Below, in pieces: positions 1 through 12,030 of a stretch of DNA of 64,000 nt (the stretch's first letter is position 1; every line of letters starts with the position of its first letter). The position numbers and the translations under genes were made by a program. Below the pieces are notes generated by a model, which had not been told where the DNA came from, did not search any database, and saw only the letters and a list, made by a program, of their open reading frames with translations. The DNA is from Ranitomeya imitator (Eukaryota): contig NC_091285.1 in assembly GCF_032444005.1 (NCBI RefSeq), forward strand, positions 424,390,001 through 424,454,000. Reading direction: 5' to 3'.

Positions 1-161
1 CAGGGAAGCTGACGGCGGGGGACGTGACAGACATCGGAATGTGAGGGGCCTGATCGTTGGTCACTGTCACACATAACGAGATTGTTAGCGGGATCGTTGC
101 TACGTCACAAAAAGCGTGACGTGCAACGATATCGTTAACGATATCGTTGTGTGAAGGTACC
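1..161. mobile_element. Right end of a non-autonomous DNA transposon (PIF/Harbinger-like MITE), inserted in L1 ORF2
   Basis: Ends ...GTGTGAAGGTACC followed by TTTA, resembling the GG(N)4-5TCACAC termini with TWA targets of other MITEs in this window. Contains a perfect 26-bp palindrome at 124-149. L1 RT sequence begins immediately after. Confidence 0.55.
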
Positions 162-165
162 TTTA

Positions 166-3078
166 GTCTGTAACTGTTCGAAAGACATTAAGACGCCCCG
201 CTCATATAAATTATTAATGGAAACACCGCATGAGGTCCAGAATTGAGTAGATGGATGGTTCAGTAGCTCCGGGAAATACATATCATTCCATAATGGCATT
301 TCGGCTATAATACCTTCAAAATAAATGGCCCTTTTCACCTGTTTCCAAACCAACCTCGCTAAGCGGAGAAGCGGTAATAATTTAGAGGTATTGGGTCTAT
401 CAATTTCCAAAAAGCCTAACGGGCAATCAAGCTTTGCCGTGTGGGCCAGATGACTCTCCGAATTTAGTAAATGACCCACAGGCATCCACTTACCCAGAGC
501 CCTAAGTTGTCCGGCCAAGTAATTCAGAAAAAAGTCAGATAACGCCACACCTCCCATTTGCTTGGATCTATGTAAGGTAGATAATTTAAGTTTAGGCCTG
601 GCTTTCCCCCATATAAAGGATGAGATTAAAGAATTTAGATTTGAGAAAAAGGATCTGGGAACAGGAATAGCACTGTGCTGAAGGGAATAATTGAGCTTCG
701 GAAGTAATATCATCTTGATTAAATTTATGCGACCGGAAACAGACAAGGGTAATTTACTCCATACTGCAAATTTATGCTTAACTAGATCCAATAACGGGAG
801 AACATTAAATTGTAGGTCAAATCTACTGTATTTAGGTATAATTATCCCTAAATATTTAAAGTGGGACACCACTGGCAATAAGGATAGCTCTTTAAGATGA
901 TCTGCTGAAATATGGGAGAGAGGCATCAAGGCGGATTTGTCCCAATTTATATACAATCCCGAGCATTTACTAAATCTATTTAGGGTGGTAATCACATGCG
1001 GCAGTGTCTCCTCTACGTCATCCATGAATATTACCAGATCGGCATATAAGCCAATAAACTCCACGCGGTCTGCTATCTCAATACCTTTAATTGATGGAGT
1101 GGATCTCATGCGTATTGCTAGTGCTACCCTGTCGGGTTCCCCTTTTTAGGGAAAATGTGTGACATGGAGCTATTAATAATTATCCGGGCTTTAGGTTACA
1201 TATATATTGCACTAATCCATTTTTGAAATTTGGGGCCAAATCGGTATCTCTGTAAACGTGCGGACAGGTAGGGTCATTTAAGGGAATCAAACGCCTTGGC
1301 CGCGTCCAGCGAGGCCAAAGCCCATCTATTCTCCAATACCAGTGAGCTATATTGGGCTACCGACTGGACCCTCCTAATATTAATGGATATACTTTTACCT
1401 GGCATGAATCTGGTCTGGTATGGGTGTATTATGTCTAGTATTACCGTATTTTATCTACTGGCTAATATTTTAGTGAAAATTTTATTATCTACATTTACCA
1501 ATGAGATAGGGCGATATGATCCACATTCCTGGGGGTCCTTACCTTGCTTTTTTAAAACTATAATATTTACTTCATAATAGGAGTCTGGCAAAGAACCTCC
1601 CTTCCAAATCCCTTCAAAAGACACGATGCTAAAATATCCCGGTATTGTCTATACATTTCTATGGGGAACCCGTCTGGGCCTGGTGCCTTCCCAGAAGCCA
1701 TATCTGCTATAGCCACATTAATCTCTTCCAGAATGAAGTCTGCATCTAGAAAAGCTTGTTGTGTAGGACTCAACGTAGGAAACTCAATGTCTGATAAATA
1801 GTCTAAACAACCTGGTGTATCGAGGTCCCCCTGAGAGCAATACAACTCTTTATAATATTCCTGAAAGCATTGAAGTATATCATTTGTGGAGGTCACTTTT
1901 GCACCATCTGGTTTCCAGATTTTAAGTATAGTATTAGATGCATTGTGTTGTCGTACCATGAATGCTAGTAGTTTACTCGATTGATTCCCTAACTCAAAAT
2001 ATGCTTGTCGAGTAAAACAGTTTAAGTTTAGACTTAGTATCTACATATTGAGTATATAATCTATGGGAAAGCAACCATTCAGCCCTATTCCCACTGGTTT
2101 GGCTAGTAATATAGGACGCTTCTAAGTCTGTCGTCTCTCCATCTCATCATCTTCCCGTGAGGTCATACGTTTAATGTAGGAAATTGTAGAGGTCAAGCAT
2201 CCTCTCAGGTACGCCTTAAGAGCATCCCAAAACATATTTATATTTTGTGGCTCCGGGTCAGACGTTATGAAGCAGTCTAGTTGGTCTATAGTTCTATCAT
2301 TAGGGCCTATCAGCTTTAGCCAGAATGGATTTAGTTTCCAGATCTTGTCTGACCAAAGTTGAGCTTAAGTATTACCGGACTATGGTCTGAAATGCCCCTG
2401 TTTCCATCTTCTATCTCCCCCACCCACATCGCCAAGTTACTAGAGCCAAAAATATAATCCAAGCGGGATAGAGTGCATCTAACGGACGAGTGGCAGGTGT
2501 ATTCTTTTACATCAGGATGACGTATTCTCCGAATTCTAGCCACCCACTACCCTCCATGAATGTGGACAAACGAGATGGGGAGGAAGTCACCCCCAAAGCC
2601 TCACCATCCAACCTGAGCCTATCAAGGCCCTCGTCCGTAGCCAAATTGAAGTCTCCCATGTATAAGATATATGAATCTGGATAATTTAGAGCAAAACTCA
2701 GCGCCTTTTTTTATGATGGACATATTAGCAGGATGGGGGTTGTATATACATATTATAACATAGTCTTTCAAATTAATCCACGCATGTACAAAGATTAAGC
2801 AGCCCTCAGGATCCCGCTGTACCTCCCCAACCTCCCATCTAACATTCCTGTGAATTAATAGAGAGACCCTCCCTAGAATAACTAGTATGGAATGTATGTA
2901 CTGACCATTGTACCCACGGTTTTTGTACATAGCGGGCCGAATCTCTGGTCAAGTGTGTTTCAGCTAGGGTTACAATATGAGGATGGTGATGTCTTATTTG
3001 AAAAAATACTTTCACTCTTTCGGGGTGATCCAAGATCTCTCACATTCCAGGTCAAACATGTAAGATCAGATGCTATAC
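166..3078 (-). pseudogene. L1 ORF2 (APE endonuclease + reverse transcriptase), frameshifted
   Basis: Motifs in order: CLTWNVRDL (about 3060), HIVTLAETHL, SRLDYIF...ISDHSP, GKAPGPDGFPIEMY, KRGTRQG, LYAD(D)LVIF, FKYLGI, GRINLIKMILLPKLNY. Confidence 0.92.
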
Positions 3079-3244
3079 CTCTTCATCCCCATATAATATA
3101 CATTGTCCCGCCAATCACATTTTTGGTATACAATGGAAAAAGACATTGCAGCAATTCCTATATAACGAATACCTAACAATACTGAAACAAAATAAAGCAA
3201 AATACGCTTCAAGAGGGAGCAAAGTTTCTTGCTCCTATCGCTGT

Positions 3245-3537
3245 CCAGGAAGATGGCCGCCCCCACCGATGCAAGGGATTACAGCGCAGATCGCGCGCTG
3301 CTTGTTCACCACTACGCCAGCAACGTAAAGCTGAGGAAGAACCAGCGATGTCACCACGCCCTCCCGACCTGACCAGCCTGATTGACAGGCGAAAATGGCG
3401 ACTTTGGTAAGTTATTTCTCAGCATACATGGGGAATCGGGGTACACTACATACACTATAGGAACACACAGCGCAGGCCCTATTTAACAGTATTTATAGCT
3501 CAATCTCAAAAAACGGGGTGACAGGTTCCCTTTAAAT
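3245..3537. mobile_element. Half of a Kolobok/T2-type MITE (single TTAA-AGGG terminus)
   Basis: GGGGTGACAGGTTCCCTTTAA at 3517-3537 matches the TTAAAGGRR-type termini of anuran T2 MITEs. No partner terminus is visible. Confidence 0.65.
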
Positions 3538-4738
3538 ACAGTCACTACTTAGTTAATGCAGCAATGTGTTGCAGAGCAAATAAGTCTGTGTTAAGTATCC
3601 GCACAGCCTACAGAAGGTCCTTACAGAGGAAGCAGCAGCATGTGGCACCAAGGATTTATTGCAGTTGCTGCACTTATTACCTTGGGGGGAGGTGCAGGTC
3701 AGGGGGACAAAGCCAAGATAAATAAAGCGCAGTGTCTATCAAGAAATGTAGGGTCCTCCTCCAGACTATGTTGGTATGCAATGAATTTGTCTATATATCA
3801 ATCTCTGTGGTGCTTTGTAGGTCAGCCACCCATCAGACACTACAGTGTCTGCAGTTATATTCTGGATGGCGGGAACGGAGGGCGATATATCTGTTTGGGA
3901 GCAGATGCTGGAACTATCAGGCGTTATACCGTATTAAGGATGGGGGGAGCGCAGGGCCCGTTTCTCATGGCTCACACCGCACGGTCCCCCTTTGGTACCT
4001 CCCGGAGCTTTGCCTGCGTCCAGCTAACTCCCCTTGAGCCGAGTGCCGCAGCGCCTCGTCCTTCACCGCCAACGCATGCGGCAAGAAAAATGGCCGCCGT
4101 CTCCTTCAAGGCCCGTCCTGCATCCTGGCTTCCCCGGCGCTCACCCAGCCAGAGCGGCACCGAACAACACCTCTGAAGCCGGGCGCCACCAAGTACCCAG
4201 GGGAACACAGCGGCAGCCGAAGGAACCCTCCTGGGTGAGTATATCGCAGGATTTTAAGCAGGATCACGGGAGCTCCAGCCAGACACGTCCTCTCCGCTTG
4301 GCTACATAGCCAAGCCCCCCATGCATTGTTTACATTGAGCATAGATGCACTTTAAAAAATCTTAGTTATGCTATACACTTAGAGATATTCAATTAATGGG
4401 ATTGATGGTTACATTTACCCCTTTAATTAGAAACTACGAGATAAAACTTCAGTGAGGTCATAGACATTATTGTGTGTATGTCTGGGGTTTGTATTGGTCA
4501 CGGGGTAGCTAATGGGGGGTGTAGGGATATAAAGAACAGCCGACGTTGAGCGGGGGCGCCACATCAAATTTTAGGGTGCCAACCTCTGCTGTCAGGAAGG
4601 GGAACAGCTTAATAGGGACCTATTAAGGTCAGTGTAGGACTGTGAAACTACACTGCCAGACTGTCCCATCCCTTGAATATTTCCCTATTTTGAAAAGACC
4701 CGAGAGGTGCTTGTGATATTTTGCAATTTTTAAAATAA

Positions 4739-4900
4739 CTAAATGTGGCCCGATTCTAACGCATCGGGTATTCTAGAATATGCATGTCCACGTAGTATGT
4801 TGCACAGCCCGCGTAGTATGTTGCACAGCCCACGTAGTATGTTGCCCAGCCCGCGTCGTATGTTGCCCAGCCACGTCGTATATAGCACAGGCAGAGAGAG
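4739..4900 (-). mobile_element. Helitron-like 3' terminus with adjacent 21-bp minisatellite
   Basis: The minus strand reads hairpin CCCGAT-(8 nt)-ATCGGG (4768-4749), then CCACATTTAG|T (a CTAG variant). About 4 copies of CACGTAGTATGTTGCACAGCC at 4789-4880. Confidence 0.5.
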
Positions 4901-5049
4901 TATATAGCACATTCCAAGTAGTATATACTCACCTTCTGTTTGCAGCTGTCACCGCCGCATGTGCTGCGCTGTTTCCTGCTGTCGCAGCCATCATGAATAA
5001 CTGCGGCAGCCATCATGAATAACCGCGGCAGTCATCATTGACTGCGGCC

Positions 5050-5310
5050 GCAAATTTAGTCCCCGGCTTTTGGCGGCGGTAGACCCAACAACATCCATGG
5101 TCCCGGCCGGCTCCGCCTTCCTCACGGCGACTCCCCCCTTTGCAGCGCTTCTGGCCGGGCCTGTACTGGCTGGCCGCGACCTGCGGCCGCTAATTTAGTC
5201 CCCGGCTTTTTGCCGGGGTAGGCCCAACAGTGTCCATGGTCCCAGCCGGCTCCGCCCTCCTCATGGTGACTCCTCCCCCTTTACAACGTTTCTGGCCGGG
5301 CCTGTATGGA
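5050..5310 (+). repeat. Diverged ~140-bp GC-rich tandem duplication
   Basis: AATTTAGTCCC(C)GGCTTTT...CCATGGTCCC.GCCGGCTCCGCC...TTCTGGCCGGGCCTGTA occurs at about 5052-5165 and 5192-5305. Confidence 0.75.
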
Positions 5311-5869
5311 ATGGGCGGGGACTCGCTCTGCATACTTCCTGGTCTCCTCTGCACTTTTGTCTACGCCCACTGGCTGGCCACGACCAATGAATATCCGGTT
5401 CAGACAGAAAGAAAGATGGAAGTACCCCTTAGACAACTATATAGTAGATTTTTGTGAATTTTTTTAATGAGGAATAGTAAAAGTTAATTTTTAAGGGTGT
5501 TTTTTTTTTTTTTTTTTTCTCTGTTGGTTGTTAAATCAAAGTAAACCCTATCTATATATTTTCTGGTTTATTACGAGCAAGCATTGCCAAGGGCGTTACA
5601 TCTCGCTGACTGGGCACTGGGCGACACTGGTGGCTGTGGGGGCAGGTGGAGAAGGGGCTGCTCCAAAAGTCTTGGAATCCCCAAGGCTTGCAGGAAAAAC
5701 CTCTGTATTTTGCACTTCCTCCACTGCTTCTGCCTCCTCTAGGATCTCCACCTGTGCCCTCTGCCTTAATGAGACACGCATTCCAAAAGTGCTGAGTGAG
5801 TCCCCACCATCTCCTTGCTGGGCTGGCAGGGCTCATAGCAATCGGCCATTAAAATTGATATGCCTTGGA

Positions 5870-6240
5870 GATCGCAGTCATACAGCTGAAGAGTTGTGGA
5901 CAACTCTCCAGGCCAAGACCTTGTCCGATAACTGTACGAATATGGTGGCGGCCCTACGCCGAGGCAAGCTCACACATGTGCCTTGCATGGCTCACATCCT
6001 CAACCTGTGGTACCGCGATTTCTCGGCCACGATCTTGACCTGGGTGAGCTGCTGCAGAGAGCACGAAAGTTGTGTGCTCACTTCCGACGTTCGCACCCCT
6101 CAGGTCATCGACTTGCATAGATACAGAAGTCTTGGTCCACGCCAGTTAACAGGTTGATATGTGCCGACACGGTGGAATTGCACTCTGCACATGTTGCAGT
6201 GAGTGTGGCAGTAGCAACGAGCCCTGACACGCTGTCATGT
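5870..6240 (+). pseudogene. hAT transposase, catalytic-region fragment
   Basis: HTAEEL...SDNCTNMVAAL...HVPCMAHILNL, then a frameshifted LIC..PTRWNCTLHML. Confidence 0.85.
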
Positions 6241-6318
6241 CGTATAGCCTGGACCAACGCAGTATGGATGTGGCGCATATCACGTATTAACCTCTTTCTA
6301 ACGTTTTAATCTTTTTAA

Positions 6319-8803
6319 CCCCTTAACGATCGCCGATACACCTTTTTAACGTCGCTGGTTAAGGGTACTTAAACCACAGCGCCGTTAATTAACAGCGCTG
6401 TGGAAAAAGTCTATAGCGCCTCAACCCCCCCAGTGTCAGATTTTCTCCAGGGTCTTGGCTGCCCGGGGGAGACCCTAGAAAACATGATTAGGGTCGTTTT
6501 TTACCGACCCACGGGTTGCGATTGCAGTATTAACCCTTTACCGACGACCGCAAAAAAGCACGATTTGTCATTTGATACTTACCAGTGTCTCCCGGTGTCC
6601 CTGGATCCTTCTGCTTCTCCCCACGGCCGCTGGTGTCGTCTTCTGGTACGAAAATGGTGGGCGCAGTGCACCCGCCGGGATCTGCCGATAAACACCCGGC
6701 AACCATAGGAAGATTTTTCCTATTGGTTCATTTTGGTCACTGTGATAGGCTCTCACAGTGATCAAAATAAAAAAAAATAGTAAATAACCCACCTCTTTAT
6801 CACCCCCTTAGTTAAGGAACAATAATAAAATAAAGAAAATGAATTTATTTCCATTTTCCCATTAGGGTTACAGTTGGGCTAAAGCTAGGGTTAGCATTGG
6901 GGCTATAATTAGGGTTAGTGTCTGTTTCCACGTTAAGGATTTGTTCAGGATTTGCTGCTGATTGGACACTGTGTACAGCCGCAGCGTCCAATCCGCAGCG
7001 TTCAGATGTTACAGCATAGTGGAGGGGATTTTATGAAATCCCGTCTCCACTATGCGTGGAGGGTGGCATCCGGCGGCCCTGCATAACCAGACATGTGGCG
7101 CATCTATTTATCTTGCGGGCTGGGATTAGGGTTTGGGTTAGGGATGGGGTCTGGGTTAGGATTGGGATTAGGCTTAGGGGTGTGTTGGGGTTAGGGTTGT
7201 GATCAGGGTTATGGTTAGGGGTATGTTGGGGTTAGGGTTAGGACTAGGGTTAGTGGTGTGTTGGGGTTAGGGTTGGGACTAGGGTTAGTGGTGTGTTGGG
7301 GTTAGAATTGGGGAGTTTCTACTGTTTGGGCACACCAGGGGGTCTCCAAATACGACATGGCGCCACCATTGATTTCAGCCAATTTTGCGTTCAAAAAGTC
7401 AAAGGGAGGCTTCTGAGCTCTGCTGTGCGCCCAAAGAGTGGTTTACCCCCACGTATTGGGCATCAGCATACTCAGAAAAAATTGGACAACAACGTTTGAG
7501 GTCAAATTTCTCCTGTTACCCTAGGGAAAATAAGAAATTGGGGGCTAAAAATCACCACATATCTAGATAAGCTCCTTGGGGGGGGGGGGGGGGGGGGTGT
7601 CTAGTTTCCAAAACTGGGTCAGTTGTGGGGAGTTTCTACTGTCTAGGCACATCAAGGGCTCTGCAAACACAACATGACGCCCGCAGACCATTCCATCAAA
7701 GTCTGCATCCCAAAACCTCACTACTTCCCTTCCGAACCCCGACGTGTGCCCAAACAGTGGTTTCCCTCCCCCCCCCTCCCCCCCTCCCATATATGGGGTA
7801 TCAGCGCACTCCGGACAAATTGTACAACAACTTTTGTGGTCCAATTTCTCCTGTTTCCCTTGTGAAAGTAAAAATTTGTGGGTAAAAATATCATTTTTGT
7901 GGAAAAAAAAAATGATTTTTTTTTTCACGACTCTGCCTTATAAATTTCTGTTAAGCACTTGGGGGTACTTAGTGCTCACCACACATCTAGATAAGTTCCT
8001 TAAGGGGTTTAGTTTCCAAAATGGTGTCACTTGTGGGGGGGGTTTCCATTGTTTAGGCACACCAGGGGCTCTCCAAACGCAACATGGCGTGAATCTCAAT
8101 TCCAGCCAATTCTGCATTGAAAAAGTCAAACGGCGCTCCTTCTCTTCCGAGCTCTGCCATGAGCCCAAACAGTGGTTTACCCCCTACCTATAGGGGTATC
8201 GGCGTATTCAGGAGAAATTGCGCAACAAATGTTGTGGTTCATTTTCTCTTTTTACACTTGTGAAAATAAAAAATAATGGTTCTGAAGTAACTTTTTTTTT
8301 TTTTTTTTTTTTTACAAACGTTTTAATTTTTCCTACCACATTGCTTCAGTTCCTGTTAATAAACTTCTTGAATGTGGTTTTGAGCACATTGAGGTGTACA
8401 GTTTTTAGAATGGTGTCACTTTTGGGTATTTTCTGTCATGCACATCCCTCAGTGTCTTTTTCCAAAATTGTGCTGATGTAAAGTAGACATATGGGAAATG
8501 TTATTTATTAACTATTTTGTGTGACATATCTGATTTAAGGGCATAAAAATTCAAAGTTTGAAAATCGCAAAATGTAAAATTTTTTTTCCATATTTCTGTT
8601 TTTTTCCATAAAAAAAAAAACACAAGTCATATCCAAGAAATTTTACCACTAACATGAAGTACAATATTTCACGAAAAAACAATCTCCGAATCTGCGGGAT
8701 TCGTTAAAGCTTTCCAAAGTTAGAACCTCATAAAGTGACAGTGGTTAGAATTGTAAAAATTGGCTTGGTCATTAAGTTGCAAATTGGCTCCGTCACTAAG
8801 GGG
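6319..8803. mobile_element. Non-autonomous piggyBac-type element (copy 1)
   Basis: TTAA at 6315-6318 and 8804-8807, CCCCTTA/TAAGGGG termini, internal TTAGGG-like array and about 3 tandem ~390-bp units. Confidence 0.88.
6862..7305 (+). repeat. Degenerate telomere-like (TTAGGG)n array inside piggyBac-N copy 1, interrupted by a MITE fragment at about 6908-7115
   Basis: Repeated GGGTTA/GGGTTG/GGATTA hexamers. Confidence 0.85.
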
Positions 8804-8894
8804 TTAAACTAGCTCATGCACCAGCACAACAGAGTCCAAGTCTGACGCTGAATGGTCCAGGATTATCTAGAACTGAATAATACCATAATGGAGG

Positions 8895-9112
8895 GTTTGG
8901 ATCCTTTCACATTTTGGTCTTCAAAAATGGATGAGTGGCCTGACCTTGCCTCTCACGCCTTGGAGGTTTATCATTCCCAGCTGCCAGCGTTCTCTCAGAA
9001 CATGTATTCAGTTCTGCTTGTGGTGTCCTGACGGATAAGCGCATCCGGCTGTCCACTGAAAGTGTAGACTGCCTAACTCTCATCAAGATGAACAAGTCAT
9101 GGATCTCAAAGA
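8895..9112 (+). pseudogene. hAT transposase C-terminal dimerisation domain fragment
   Basis: FWSSKMDEWPDLASHAL...PAASVLSE.VFSSACGVLTDKRIRLSTESVDCLTLIKMN (with frameshift). Confidence 0.88.
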
Positions 9113-11439
9113 ACTTTTGCACCTCAATCACAGACTGTACATACGGTACTAGGCGATGTTGTAGATTTTAGTGTGCTTGATTGATCTCGTGTAATTGCAG
9201 TTTGTGATATCTTTAGTGAGGCTTCTGTGCCTTCTGTTGCTGCTCAGATGTTAACACTAATTTGCGGAAATGTGAACAGTCCCGGTTGGGTCTCCATGTG
9301 CTGAGTTGGATATAGTGGAAGAGATGTCGCTCTCCGTTATACTATTTCTACTCTGGTGAAATTGATGCCACTTGTTGTCTGCCACTAATTTTTGGAAATG
9401 TGGAGAGTCCTGATTGGGTCTCTCCATCTGCTGGATTGGTTGTAGTGGAAGAGATGTCGCTCCCCATTATACTTTTTCATTCTGAAATTGATGCCACTTT
9501 GGTGGTGTCTGCCCCGAATTATTTTAAAATTGAAAACTCCTGATTTGGGTTTACATTTGCAGGGTTGGCTGCAGTGGAAGATGTGTTGGTCCCTATTTTT
9601 ACTGTGGTGAAATTGATGCCACTTTATTGGTGTCTCCCACTAATTTTTGTAAATGTGTAGACTCCTAGTTAGGTCTCCTTTATGTGTGTTGTCTGTACTA
9701 GTAGGCCTCCAAGATCAGCAGACCTCCACTACCTTTGAGTCAACGACTCTAATAATAGTAACAAGATTCTTCTGACAATCGTAGTCTGCGAAACTGATAT
9801 TTGTGCCACCTGAGTGTGGCTGAGCATGAAAGCAGGTTGAGCTGTTGAATGTGGTGTCAGTGCTCCCAGCACAGCAGGCCTACACCGATCCCTCAAGCAC
9901 CTGGTCTTACTTTGACTTTCAATTCAAAGCTGTAAATGCTGGCCCAGACCCAGATACCTCATGTATGGCTGATTGCTGTCATACCATTCTAAAATATGTG
10001 CTGTTGGTGAATTGAGGCCACTTTCCTGGTGTTTGCCCCTAATTTGATGTGTTTTGGCAGCTTTTGGGCCCGTTTGAAGGTGTTGTGTATACATTTGTTT
10101 TTGCCTTCCATTGACTACAATGGCGTTTGACTAATATTCAACGAAAATAAATCAACGAATATTGCAAAATCGGCGATTGTAAATTGAACATTGAACTATT
10201 CGCTCATCTCTAGTCAAGACCAGGCCATTTACCCACATTTCTGACAGGGCACATTTTCAGATTTATGTGCAAGTTTAACCCAATATGCGCCGTACATATA
10301 CTGCTCTGTGGGAGGTGCGTTCCCGCAAAGAGAAGTATATGTACAGCAGCACCATTACCAGTCATCTTGCGGTGATCGGTTTACGATGGTTGCTGTCCCT
10401 GACAGCAGAGCTTCCCTGCACGTCGCCCCGGGGGTCTGTACCGCAACCCCCTCCCTTCCACCCCATATCGGCGATCACAGCAATATGTCAAAAAGTTAAG
10501 AAAAAAACGTGTAACATTCTATCATCGTTGCTGTGTAACAGCGCACCAATCACAGCCTTCACAATGGGTGGGGTGATTGCGACGTCACCTCACCTGATTA
10601 ACCCCCTTGGCGCTGATTGGCTGAACAATAGTTTCTGGCCAATCAGCGCCAAAGGGGTTAGTCTGAAATAGCGATCACCACCCTGCACGCCATCTTTGTC
10701 TCAGATTTGGCGCGCAGATAGGTTGTCTAGCCCCTCTGTCACCTAAGTAAAGAATCCATTGGTGGCCAGTGCGATCTCCTGCTCCAGTGTCCTGCTGTGC
10801 TGTGTGTTGTGAACTGACTGCTGTGCTGTCTGCTGTGTGACTCGTCTGTGATCACAGCAGCAGCACCTCCTCCCCTTCCAATTGAATTTTTAGCGCGCTT
10901 TTTCACGCGTTTTTTCGTGTGCAGCATCCTGCGCAGAGCATTCTTGCTCTGTGTCCGCAGCGCTCTTATCAGTATTACTACTGATCAGAGACTGTGCTGC
11001 AGGACTTTCTTTTTTTAGTTGGCGTAACTGGCGTAGCAGTGTAAGCGACAGATGATTTTTGTATTTTTTTTTATAGAAAGAAATAATTGTAGTTAGTACA
11101 GCGTAGTTCTAGAGGTAGCATGTTAGTGTAGCCAGTGTTTGGTGACAACTGATCTTGTTTTAGGAAAGAAAAAAAAATGTACAGTGTAGTTTTCGAGATG
11201 GCAAGGTAGTGTAGCCAGCATCATAGTGTTAGTGACTAGAGTTGAGGGAATTTGCTCGGGTTCCCTCTTATTCGGCAAGCCCTAAAGCTGCAGAGGGAAC
11301 ACGGCTTTCTGGATTGCGCCAGCTGATCTGCGCCGCATCTGCATGTGTCACGGATGTGTCGGTCAGCACATGCATGGAGAGCCTGTTTATTTCATCAGCG
11401 AGTCCTCCTTATGCCGCTAATTGGGCATACGCTGAGAAA

Positions 11440-12030
11440 AGGTGAAAGCAGAGCCCAATGCAGCGACAACATGCTGATCAAGAATAAGGACAAAAGGGAT
11501 GTCCTTATCTTGACCACCATACACAGTGACAACAGCTCCCTTGTCACTGTTCGTGGTACCACAACATAAGTCCCAAAGCCAGATTGTCTTGTATTACAAT
11601 CGGTACACGGGGGGCATAGATCTCTCAGCTCAGGTCCTCCAACCATACTGTGCCATGCAAAAAGCCAAAGTATGGTACAAATAATTGGCCGAGCACATTG
11701 TACAGATGGCAATGAACAAAGCTTTTGTGCTATCTGATCTGCAGAAAATATGGGGACCTTCCTTCAGTTTCTGGAGGTAGTCATCAAGGCCCTAATGTTT
11801 GGCACTCTGGGAGGTGAGTTCCAGTAATTCAGAAAATGATAGTGCTCGTATTGTGCCAGGTCAACATTTTCAAGGAGAGGTTCCCCAAACAGCGAGGAAA
11901 GGAGTATCACAAAAACGGTGCAGAGTATGCTCGAAGAGAGGAATCTGAAAGGACACGACATAACATTGTAAAACCTGCCCTGAGAAACCCGGCCTTTGCA
12001 TTAAGGATTGCTTCAAAGTGTACCACACTT
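11440..12030 (+). pseudogene. piggyBac transposase C-terminal part (DDD region end + cysteine-rich domain)
   Basis: KDKRDVLILTTIH...VPKPDC, a decayed YN..MGG.D region, and QKRCRVCSKRGI...HCKTCPEKPGLCIKDCFKVYH, with stops and frameshifts. Confidence 0.88.

Larger units (their letters stand above)
166..4320 (-). mobile_element. L1-clade LINE, decayed: 5'UTR and ORF2 present, ORF1 missing
   Basis: GC-rich 5' end (GGGGGGCTTGGCTATGTAGCCAAGCGGAGAGGACGTG...GAGCTCC) at 4320, AT-rich inter-ORF spacer at about 3080-3245, and ORF2 fragments in the correct order. Confidence 0.8.
5590..10212 (+). mobile_element. hAT transposon relic split by a piggyBac-type insertion
   Basis: Transposase pieces lie on both sides of 6319-8803, with ~125-bp subterminal tandem units at about 9270-9690 (AATTGATGCCACTT) and a putative right TIR TATTCGCTCATCTCTA at 10197-10212. 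Left end not found. Confidence 0.75.
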
